Positions 17,824 through 26,042 of a stretch of 37,376 nt of DNA are shown here, piece after piece. Both the position numbers and the translations under genes were made by a program. The number at the start of each line of letters is the position of its first letter. Position 1 is the stretch's first letter. Source of the stretch: Peptococcaceae bacterium (lineage in GTDB: Bacteria > Bacillota > Desulfitobacteriia > Desulfitobacteriales > Syntrophobotulaceae); contig WRII01000027.1 of NCBI GenBank assembly GCA_009782825.1, positions 1 to 37,376 on the forward strand, read 5' to 3'. The notes beneath the pieces are model-generated. The model was not told the DNA's origin and did no database searches. It was given only the letters and a program-made list of their open reading frames with translations.

Positions 17824-20789
17824 GTAAAATAATCGACATCCGCACCATCAATCAATGACACAGCCTCATCATACGCGCCGATTAAGACGTTTTGCAAGAT
17901 ATCCTCCACAGTATCTCCCACACGAGGCGTTTGAGTGAATTTTTGCAATTCGCCAACAGCTTTTTTTATCCTGACAGAATCCAAAACATCCAGTGCCACT
18001 TTTAACTCGGAAAGTTCCGCGTGCAGCACGTCTATATCTGGATTCCCTGTCTGATCAAGACCCATATCTTTGGTATGAGTCCTCGCCTGTGTGATCCCTA
18101 TGTTGATCGCATCGAGAAGGGTTTCTAACCCCTTGAAGAACGCATCGCTCCGGGAATGAACAAAATCCACCATTCCTTTTTCAGCTGCGTTCTCCAGCTC
18201 TTGAGCTGCCTCGGCAATCCCTTCGGCTCCGATGTTCCCTGCGGCACTCTTGATTCCATGAGCATATATTCTGTACAACGACAGATTTTCTGCCCTGAGA
18301 CATGCCTTCATTTCCTTGATTGTCTCAAGAGTATCTTTATAAAATGTAGTCAGGATCTTCAAGTAGCTTTGTATCGATCCGCCTGCTATCGCCACGCCCA
18401 CCTTGGTGTTCAGCCCGTCAATATTAATGTTCAGCCCATCAATATTAATATTCAGCCTGTCAACAGGGCAGCTTATGCCGGCGCGGATGTCATCTGGCGT
18501 CCGCTTTATCTGCTTTTCCGGCGGAAGCCATCTTGCCAGCATCATGTCCAGCTTAACAGTATCAATGGGTTTAGACAGAAAATCATTGAATCCATTCTCC
18601 AGAAACATCTTTTTTGTGCCCACAACCGCGTTGGCTGTCAGCGCGATAATCGGCAGGGATGTATAATACGGGTCTTTGCCACCCAGAGCTCTGATTTTTG
18701 CCGTAGCTTCCATGCCGTTCATTGCGGGCATCATATGATCCATGAAGATCAAATCATAACGCTCTCTTTTGAGTATTTCAATAGCCACCTTGCCGCTTTT
18801 GCACACATCCACCTGCATGCCATAAGGCTTGAGCAGCCCTTCGGCAACCTTCAAGTTCGTTTCAATATCGTCAACAATAAGGATTCTCGCCTGAGGCGCG
18901 GTAAAATTCACGACAGGTTCATGAGGGATGACCCTTTCTTCTGAGGCTGATGTCCTCACCGCACCTGAATTGCCTATGCCAAGGCTGGTGTCCTCCGGTC
19001 TGCCGATTAATCCTCCGGCGTGCTGGTATCCTCCGGCTGTGGTATGGGACACTTTGTTTAAGAAGTTGGCTACAGGCAAAGAATAAATGGGGGTGGTCAG
19101 GAGGCTGATATTATGTCCCGCAATGGCCTCCCCAAATTCCGCAATCAGCAAAAACTTGACCCCGGACTTATATCCTTCAGCGCTCTCAAGGTTCGCATAT
19201 TTTTCTTTGACCCTTTCATAGAGAACAGAGGCCAGGAAAACAAAAGAATACTTGCGGCTCATAATTTCGTCATAGAACTCAGCATCCGTGGAAATTGCCT
19301 TATAGGGAACGCCCAGACTTTCCATGGTCTGCACTATGGAGTGTCTGTAGAGTTCACGACGTTCATAAATCAAGACATTCTTTTCCTCCGGGTTTTCCAC
19401 GACCGCCATCTTTTGGTTCGATCTGACCTTCTGTGGCAGCGTCACAGTAAAAGTACTGCCTTCTCCATAGATAGAGTGAACCTCAATCGTTCCCCCCATA
19501 GCGTCAACTAAATTTCGTGTTATGGCCAGCCCCAACCCTGTCCCTTCGATGCCTTTATTGTCTACAAGATCCCCCCGAGTAAATTCATCGAACAGCTTCC
19601 CGATTTCTTCCTCTCTGATGCCTTTACCGCTGTCTTCGACAGTTATGATAAGAATAACTGTATTATCATGATCATCATGATAATCATCATGATCATCATC
19701 ATCATAACCACCATCATCATAACCACCATCATCACTGGGATTTGCCATCTCCTTGAGAATGGATAGGGAAACATATCCTCTTTCCGTATATTTTACGGCA
19801 TTGCTTAACAAATTCATCATGATTTGACGGATTCTTATAGCGTCCCCAAAAAGATCATTAGGAATGTCATTATCGACATTAACCACGAAGCGCAGCCGCG
19901 ACTCCAGGACCCTGGTTTTTATAATATTGACCACATCATTAACCAAAGAGGAGAACAAATAGTCTGCCGGAGCAATTTCCAGGTTGCCTGATTGAATTCT
20001 GGAAAAATCTAAAATATCATTGATGATCGACAATAAGGTAGACCCCGTGTGCTTAATGGTCAGAACATTTTCCTGGACATCCAGCGGAATACTTTTCCTC
20101 AGGGTCAGCTCCGACATGCCGATGATCGCATTCAGAGGGGTGCGCATCTCATGGCTCATTTTCGCTAAAAAAGCGGATTTCGCCTGATCCGCCCCTTTGT
20201 AATAGTGGGCTGCCGCCGCTTGATCCCTCGCCTCAATAATATTGGTCAGATCTCTGAAAATCACAAGGAGTCCGTCATTTTTGTCGCGTTCATATGTAAA
20301 CGGCGCAGCGCTTATCGCATAATGGCGCACCGTTCCCGTATCGCCAAGATCAAGGTTATCTTCAGATTCTTGGATTGCGCCCATGGCAAAAGCTTTCTGG
20401 AAAAGATCCTCCATATGGTCAAGCCACTCTTCGTCAGCAAAAACGGAAAAAATTTGCCTGAAGGGCTTATGGTGCAGAAACTCGGGGCTGGGTATGTTCA
20501 AAAGCGTTAAAAACGATTGGGTGGACAGAAGAAAATGTGCCGCGCTGTCAAGGAGGATAATCATATCCGGCGAATATTCCATGATAACTTGAAGGTGCTT
20601 TTCCTGTTTGGATTTTTCAGCAGTGACGACGGCACTGAGGGTTTCTTGGGCCATCATTATATTTTTATACGTCTCTACCAAATGCTCTGACGCTGCGAGT
20701 TGCCGGGTCAGTCTTCTATTTTCAAGCTCAAGCCGGGTGATTTCTTTAAGCAGGGTTTCCTTTTCCGGCCCCTCAAATTGTTCTGCCAT
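17820..20789 (-). CDS. Hybrid sensor histidine kinase: coiled-coil/PAS, HisKA, HATPase_c, degenerate receiver, receiver, Hpt
   Basis: H-box SHEMRTPLNAIIGM. N-box NLLSNAVKYT. G-box DSGKGI...GTGLGL. REC ILIVDDIETN...DLIFMDHMMPAMNG...IIALTANA. Hpt HGIKSAAGNIGAEG. The start is probably the ATG at 20789 (MAEQFEG; RBS aggag 8 nt upstream). A TTG-extended ORF to 20822 would run into the repeat element. There is an acidic DDGGYDDGGYDDDDHDDYHDDHD insertion between the N-box and G1-box. There is also a NINIDGL x2 repeat. Confidence 0.85.
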   Translation of the reverse strand: MAEQFEGPEKETLLKEITRLELENRRLTRQLAASEHLVETYKNIMMAQETLSAVVTAEKSKQEKHLQVIMEYSPDMIILLDSAAHFLLSTQSFLTLLNIPSPEFLHHKPFRQIFSVFADEEWLDHMEDLFQKAFAMGAIQESEDNLDLGDTGTVRHYAISAAPFTYERDKNDGLLVIFRDLTNIIEARDQAAAAHYYKGADQAKSAFLAKMSHEMRTPLNAIIGMSELTLRKSIPLDVQENVLTIKHTGSTLLSIINDILDFSRIQSGNLEIAPADYLFSSLVNDVVNIIKTRVLESRLRFVVNVDNDIPNDLFGDAIRIRQIMMNLLSNAVKYTERGYVSLSILKEMANPSDDGGYDDGGYDDDDHDDYHDDHDNTVILIITVEDSGKGIREEEIGKLFDEFTRGDLVDNKGIEGTGLGLAITRNLVDAMGGTIEVHSIYGEGSTFTVTLPQKVRSNQKMAVVENPEEKNVLIYERRELYRHSIVQTMESLGVPYKAISTDAEFYDEIMSRKYSFVFLASVLYERVKEKYANLESAEGYKSGVKFLLIAEFGEAIAGHNISLLTTPIYSLPVANFLNKVSHTTAGGYQHAGGLIGRPEDTSLGIGNSGAVRTSASEERVIPHEPVVNFTAPQARILIVDDIETNLKVAEGLLKPYGMQVDVCKSGKVAIEILKRERYDLIFMDHMMPAMNGMEATAKIRALGGKDPYYTSLPIIALTANAVVGTKKMFLENGFNDFLSKPIDTVKLDMMLARWLPPEKQIKRTPDDIRAGISCPVDRLNINIDGLNINIDGLNTKVGVAIAGGSIQSYLKILTTFYKDTLETIKEMKACLRAENLSLYRIYAHGIKSAAGNIGAEGIAEAAQELENAAEKGMVDFVHSRSDAFFKGLETLLDAINIGITQARTHTKDMGLDQTGNPDIDVLHAELSELKVALDVLDSVRIKKAVGELQKFTQTPRVGDTVEDILQNVLIGAYDEAVSLIDGADVDYFT

Positions 20790-20805
20790 AGATACATCTC
20801 CTAAA

Positions 20806-20846
20806 GCGGGCTGCACCCGCAAGTGGTCAGCGATCAGTGGTTAGGG
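20806..20846 (-). ncRNA. Intercistronic repeat element, copy 3 (GCGGGC-tgca-CCCGC hairpin plus heptamers), immediately upstream of the histidine kinase RBS
   Basis: The sequence gcgggctgcacccgc-aagtggtcagcgatcagtggttaggg is read directly. It lies between the radical SAM gene and the histidine kinase, both on the minus strand. Confidence 0.6.
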
Positions 20847-20928
20847 ACTTGTAAGCGCAGGCAATATTCGCAGCGATTACCCTCTATATTTTGGCTCGTA
20901 GTGGACAATTATAATTATCCATTATTTT

Positions 20929-21801
20929 CTATTCGAATAATTTCAGTTGGGCAGCGCTATTTTCCCTTGCATAGGAAGGCATTTCACCCGAAATATCATA
21001 TGTCTTGCAGCTGGTTATAAAAGCGGATTTGAGTTTTTTGTACTGTGGCGATGTGCAGTGATAATAATTCTTGTAACGATTTATGTATTTCTTTCTTAAC
21101 TCCTCGTTGATGTGATTATAGAAATAGGTTCTTTGCCGGTCTCGCAATGTGACGGAAAAAGAGGGATAGACAAAACTCGCTCCAGCTATTTTGGCGTGCT
21201 TCACAATATTAACGATATTTTCTTCGTTGTCGGTTAGATAAGGAAGCGTCGGCATAATGACAACACCGGCTCTGATGCCCATAACAGAGAGGATGCCCAT
21301 AGCTTTGAATCTCTCGCTGGGCAGCGGGGCATGGGGTTCTATGGTTTTGGCTAAAGTATCATCTGCTGTTGTGATTGTGAAGGCGACACACGCGTAATTT
21401 TGTGTGTTGATTTGACTGAGTATTTCTGTGTCCCGTATCACGAGGTTGCTCTTTGTTAACAGAAACAGAGGGAATCGAAATTCTTTGATGACTTCTAAGG
21501 CCTGTTTGGTTAACTCGTACTTCTTTTCAATAGGAACATAGGGGTCGCTTGCCGAGCCAAATCCGATTGTTTCTCTATATCTTTTACGAGATAATTCTTT
21601 CCTCAAGAGCTGTATGGCGTTTGTCTTGACAGAAATAGAAGTGTCAAAATCATCTATATGATAGCACTCTGACCGTGTGTCGCAATAAATACATCCGTGC
21701 ATGCACCCCCGGTAGATATTTAAATAGTATTTGACTCCAAACCAGGAGCTGGGGTGTTTGTTCGTGATTAAAAGGCGTTTGGCTTCGATTTCATTGATCA
21801 T
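20929..21801 (-). CDS. Radical SAM protein of the SplB / DNA-repair-photolyase-like family (COG1533-like)
   Basis: The segment YRGCMHGCIYCD gives a CxxxCxxC cluster near the N-terminus. It is 290 aa, consistent with the spore-photoproduct-lyase-like radical SAM fold. Confidence 0.65.
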   Translation of the reverse strand: MINEIEAKRLLITNKHPSSWFGVKYYLNIYRGCMHGCIYCDTRSECYHIDDFDTSISVKTNAIQLLRKELSRKRYRETIGFGSASDPYVPIEKKYELTKQALEVIKEFRFPLFLLTKSNLVIRDTEILSQINTQNYACVAFTITTADDTLAKTIEPHAPLPSERFKAMGILSVMGIRAGVVIMPTLPYLTDNEENIVNIVKHAKIAGASFVYPSFSVTLRDRQRTYFYNHINEELRKKYINRYKNYYHCTSPQYKKLKSAFITSCKTYDISGEMPSYARENSAAQLKLFE

Positions 21802-21882
21802 AGAATGATTGTATCTTACCGGCTAAGCAAGGGGCAAGAGAAATTTATGAAATATATAGCGCATGGCTTTTGTCGCTTCCCC

Positions 21883-22977
21883 TTAAAATCTTCTCGCTTT
21901 TTCTTTATGCGACAGTGCAATCTCCTGAAACTGATCCGCAACACCCAAAAATAACTCCACACAGTCCGGGTCAAAGTGTGTCCCTTTCCCGTCAACAATA
22001 ATGTCTCGGGCTTCCTGATGAGCAAAAGCTTTTTTATACGGCCTGGCCGAAACCAGGGCGTCATAGACATCAACAAGGGCCATCATCCTGCCCAGCAGTG
22101 GAATCTCCCTGCCTTTTAATCCCTTCGGATATCCGCTCCCATCCCATTTTTCATGATGTGTTCCAACCAATACCTTGGCATAGTCCAAAAACGCGTGCTC
22201 GGTTGTATTTTTTTTGATCCTTTCAATGATTTCTTCGCCGAAAGTCGTATGTCCCTTAATAATCTCAAATTCCTCCGGGGTCAATTTACCTGGCTTTTGC
22301 AGAATCGCATCCGGGGTGGCAATTTTTCCCACATCATGGAGCTGTGACGATTGCAGAACAAGATCCATATCCCACAAGGAGGTTTCTTCCGGATACAGTC
22401 CCTGTTCCAGCAGCTCCCCTAAGAGAACCTTCAAGTAGCTTTGGGTTCTATCGATATGCGCTCCGGTCACATCATCCCGATACTCCACCAGTTCCGCCAT
22501 GGTTTTTAACACAGCATTTTGCAGTTCCACAACTGTTTCCGTCTTCGTGTCAACCATAGCCTGAAGGTTATTATTGAAATGGATGAGTTCCTGTTTTTGC
22601 GATTCGACCAGAAGATGAACTTCAATGCGCTTGAGCAGCAGGGGAGGGGAAAAGGGTTTGGTGATATAATCAATGGCCCCTAACGAAAGCCCTGTGAGTT
22701 CGCTTTTGCTGTCACTTTTTCCTGTCAGGAAGATCACAGGGATGTGACGGGTTTCCGGCTTCGCCTTGATATGCTGTATGGTCTCATATCCGTTCATTTC
22801 CGGCATCTCCACATCTAAAAGAATAAGATCCGGAATATGCCTGTCCAGTATTTTTAAAAGCCGCGGCCCGGAGTTCAGCGAAAAAACATTGTAGAAGTCG
22901 GAAAGTGTGTCGTTGCCTATTGTTAAGTTGGTCATATTGTCATCTACAAGAAAAATGGTCTTTCGATCTGTTTCCAT
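21883..22977 (-). CDS. Response regulator with HD-GYP phosphodiesterase output domain (c-di-GMP hydrolase type)
   Basis: The REC domain has FLVDDN...LILLDVEMPEMNG...IFLTGKSD, with the phospho-acceptor Asp in LLDVEMP. The HD-GYP motifs are HDVGK and HHEKWDGSGYP. The RBS aagggagag is present. Confidence 0.85.
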   Translation of the reverse strand: METDRKTIFLVDDNMTNLTIGNDTLSDFYNVFSLNSGPRLLKILDRHIPDLILLDVEMPEMNGYETIQHIKAKPETRHIPVIFLTGKSDSKSELTGLSLGAIDYITKPFSPPLLLKRIEVHLLVESQKQELIHFNNNLQAMVDTKTETVVELQNAVLKTMAELVEYRDDVTGAHIDRTQSYLKVLLGELLEQGLYPEETSLWDMDLVLQSSQLHDVGKIATPDAILQKPGKLTPEEFEIIKGHTTFGEEIIERIKKNTTEHAFLDYAKVLVGTHHEKWDGSGYPKGLKGREIPLLGRMMALVDVYDALVSARPYKKAFAHQEARDIIVDGKGTHFDPDCVELFLGVADQFQEIALSHKEKARRF

Positions 22978-23085
22978 TGCGGCTCTCCCTTATCTATCTG
23001 GATTCTCTCTCTAGCATAGACTGTTAGGCGCAAAAATATTTGTGTTCATGGAAGTTGATGCTTTACAAGTTCCAAGTCGTTCAAT

Positions 23086-23120
23086 TGGAAGGAACGAGAG
23101 GATTGTGATAAAATGGGTTT
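23086..23120 (+). promoter_or_regulatory. Candidate promoter of the RT operon (-35 TTGGAA, extended -10 TGTGATAAAAT)
   Basis: Read directly ~60 nt upstream of the first gene's ATG. The spacing is about 18 nt. Confidence 0.3.
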
Positions 23121-23180
23121 TAGATTTGCGACGCTATTGGGGAAAATACGACACTTGGCAGTCAGGGGAGGCAGGAACAT

Positions 23181-26042
23181 ATGTCAGGATTATTCCGCAA
23201 ATTTTTCAACTTTTTAAGATCCCTATTCAAAGGTAAAACCCGGTCGGATCATACCGGGCCTGGCGGCACAGACATATCACACACAACAGACACTCTTGAT
23301 AACGCTGACACAGACCGGCTCAGCTCAAGCAGCGGCCCCACACGGATCTACAAGCGTGACGCGCACCCTTTAAGAAAAATATACTTATGGGGCTGGGATC
23401 AAGACAACAATCCCAGCTTTCTCGTGCTGTACGGTGTCCATGAATTTAAAAGCACAGGCCCTCGCGGCAACGTTCTCAAGGAGGATGTGCGCTATACGGA
23501 TTATGCGATTTTTAAAGGCCGGGACGGACATTTTCCTTCCTTTGAGGCTGTGAAAATTATTGAGACACGGGAAAACCGCGCTCATGTCAGGCGCATGTAC
23601 TATAAGAAGGATGTGGAAGGCGTTTGTTATTGGAGCCAGACCAAAAAGGAGACCATGTTAACCTGCTTTAAGACATTAGGCAAGGGCTCCCCAGTCTCTT
23701 TCCCATACTTCCAGCAGATGACTCATGAAGCTTATGTCCATAGCCTGGAAAAACTCCCTGTAACATTTGATAAGTTCAGGCTCGCGAGAACCCCCAGCGA
23801 CGTTCTGCAGCCGGAACCTGGGCTGGCCCCCTATACGGAAACCCTCTGTACTCTTTTGAGCCACCCCAATCTCTATATCCGAAAAAAACATCTGCGTGAC
23901 CTTCTTCTGTCGAACCCGCCAAGAGAATTGTACACGTTCCTGATCCGAGTTGGAAGCAATGAGCTGATTTCCGGCCTGTTCTTGGAACTCAGCCGGCTGA
24001 GAAATGATGTCTTGGTCAGTGAAGCGAAAGCGATGCTGCAGGAGGAAATCACATGGGTCAGCGGCAGGTATTTGGAAGGTCTGAAGAGATGTGCCGCTCT
24101 CTATGTTACTGTTTTTGACAAAGACGCCCGTGAGGCCAGGACAGCTTATCTGCGGCAGACCCTGCTCAAGGGGCCGATAGCCAAGAGTTCGTTATGCGAA
24201 GGTTCAATAAATGAGAATATCAATGGTGTCAACATGATCTCCGCCGACATGATTAATACCGTGAAAGCTATCCTGCAAGAAGCGGAGATCTACGGCTTGG
24301 CTGATGTGATCGGGAAGACCGCTTACGAGTTGGATGCTCCTGAGCTGACGCACCTTTTCAAGAACAGCGGCAAAAGCAAGGCCCTCATATATTTGAGACG
24401 GTACGCCCGGCGCATTATGGATGCTTATGCTGTTCATGATGAAGCGAGGTTCGTGGCAGCTATGAAGACACTTTTTATAAGCTACACTGTTAAGGATTAT
24501 CTGAGCAAATTTCCCGGGAATTTTCAAGACAATTATTTTATCAGACACTACTTATATGCCTTTCAGCGTGAGATCTGGGCGCGGCATGTGGATGACCTCA
24601 TTGAGATTCTAGCCGAAGCAAAGGTTCCTGTTGTGGCCAAAGCCTTCTACTCTCTGCTGAAAGAGTGTGTGAACACGGAATATCTGACGCAGGAAGTCCC
24701 TTACGAAAAACTCTTGCGGCTCATTGGCTCTCCCTATTCAGGTGCGGCGGATATGTTTATGCAAATCTTAGCCCGGAAGCTGGCAGGGGAAGAGCAGTTC
24801 GACAGCACCCTTATGCTTCAATTCTTCCACGGCTCCCATCTGAACACTGATCAGGTTCGGGCGAAAATTCATGACATGGCCATGGCCTATTTTGACCGAA
24901 CCGGAGGCAGGCTTTCTCCTCAAGGGGTGATGACCTTGATGTTTGTCCCCGACAGGGATGAATGGCTCGACATGCACCGTCAAAACCTGGAAGCTTTTGA
25001 TCGTGACGAGTATGTGGCGTTTTTGCATGCGTTGATCCGGCATGTGGCCACAGCCACTTCTCCCGGACGGGGAGGGCGGACCGCTGCCGCCACTTTTGGC
25101 TTGGGCATGACAGAGAATCACCAACAGATACTGATTCAGTCTTTAGGCAAGCTGGCGCCGGTTTCCCGGCCGCAAATGACCGGCTTAATATCCGCGGTCA
25201 CAGACCTCTTACGCCGGAGCAAAAAACTGCCGGATACTCTATATCCCTTCTTGGAAGCCCTTGTTTTAGCCGGGCCAATGACTCAGCCATTGGATAAACT
25301 GAGGAATCTTCTGCCGTCCGTAGATATTTGGGGGAATCAGCACACCCAAAATGTTCAAGGCAGGAACCTCTTCCTCCTTTCTCTCCTGCACGCCGTCAAA
25401 ACAGACACCCTTCCTTCCGACACCACTCTGTCGGACATGCTGGAACTCGATTCGGCCCCTATGATGAACACCTTGATTCAAGTCATCGCCTTCCGGCAGG
25501 CTCTGCTCAGTTCAAGATTTTCTACAGTACTGATCCTTCTGGAGTCCGATATCCCTCCCGTGCAGGGGATTGCTCAAGACGTTTTCAACACCCTGCCCCC
25601 AAGAGAGCAAAAACAGCTCCACGCCCTCATCCTCGATTCCCCTGACCAGAAGGTCTCTGAGTATGGCCTGCACAAATTGCGCGACCTTTATGAACAGCCC
25701 GGAGCCCTGATCCCGGAGGATCTCCTCCTAAGACTGCTCGAACACCCCTCTCGTAACGTCAAATCCTATATTGCCGGCAAATTAACGGACATTATCAAAA
25801 CCTTGGGCAACGGCAGCACAGAAGTGTTCATGTACTATGCCAGAACCCTTCTCCTGCTCCCCAACCGGATCTCCCAAGCCAAAAACACCCTCTATGACGT
25901 TTTTCCCGCCTTTGTCAAAGCCCATCCGGACCGCCAATCCGAAGTAGAATCTCTGCTGCTGGATATTGGCGGCTCCAACATTATCTTAGATGCCGAACGG
26001 GCGTTGATGGCCCTGGCCAAAATCAGAAGGGAGGTCGCTTAG
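23181..26042 (+). CDS. Large (953 aa) predominantly alpha-helical (HEAT/ARM-like repeat) protein of unknown function. First gene of the RT-associated operon
   Basis: RBS gggaggcagg then ATG. The N-terminal ~180 aa are a mixed region (KIYLWGWDQDNNPSFLVLYGVHEF...). The rest is long Leu-rich helical repeats. I can read no catalytic motif. Its stop TAG overlaps the next gene's ATG (gcTTAGATGc). Confidence 0.6.
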   Translation: MSGLFRKFFNFLRSLFKGKTRSDHTGPGGTDISHTTDTLDNADTDRLSSSSGPTRIYKRDAHPLRKIYLWGWDQDNNPSFLVLYGVHEFKSTGPRGNVLKEDVRYTDYAIFKGRDGHFPSFEAVKIIETRENRAHVRRMYYKKDVEGVCYWSQTKKETMLTCFKTLGKGSPVSFPYFQQMTHEAYVHSLEKLPVTFDKFRLARTPSDVLQPEPGLAPYTETLCTLLSHPNLYIRKKHLRDLLLSNPPRELYTFLIRVGSNELISGLFLELSRLRNDVLVSEAKAMLQEEITWVSGRYLEGLKRCAALYVTVFDKDAREARTAYLRQTLLKGPIAKSSLCEGSINENINGVNMISADMINTVKAILQEAEIYGLADVIGKTAYELDAPELTHLFKNSGKSKALIYLRRYARRIMDAYAVHDEARFVAAMKTLFISYTVKDYLSKFPGNFQDNYFIRHYLYAFQREIWARHVDDLIEILAEAKVPVVAKAFYSLLKECVNTEYLTQEVPYEKLLRLIGSPYSGAADMFMQILARKLAGEEQFDSTLMLQFFHGSHLNTDQVRAKIHDMAMAYFDRTGGRLSPQGVMTLMFVPDRDEWLDMHRQNLEAFDRDEYVAFLHALIRHVATATSPGRGGRTAAATFGLGMTENHQQILIQSLGKLAPVSRPQMTGLISAVTDLLRRSKKLPDTLYPFLEALVLAGPMTQPLDKLRNLLPSVDIWGNQHTQNVQGRNLFLLSLLHAVKTDTLPSDTTLSDMLELDSAPMMNTLIQVIAFRQALLSSRFSTVLILLESDIPPVQGIAQDVFNTLPPREQKQLHALILDSPDQKVSEYGLHKLRDLYEQPGALIPEDLLLRLLEHPSRNVKSYIAGKLTDIIKTLGNGSTEVFMYYARTLLLLPNRISQAKNTLYDVFPAFVKAHPDRQSEVESLLLDIGGSNIILDAERALMALAKIRREVA

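Noticed and set aside
18156-18944. 262-aa plus-strand ORF inside the histidine kinase gene
   Set aside because: Antisense shadow of the kinase. Its translation is Cys/His-rich nonsense without motifs.
23181-26042. Assigning the 953-aa protein to the MolR/WGR plus DUF4132 family
   Set aside because: The N-terminal region does not show a convincing WGR signature by eye. I can only say it is a large helical-repeat protein. The family assignment needs an HMM search, so I left it as a hypothesis inside the finding.
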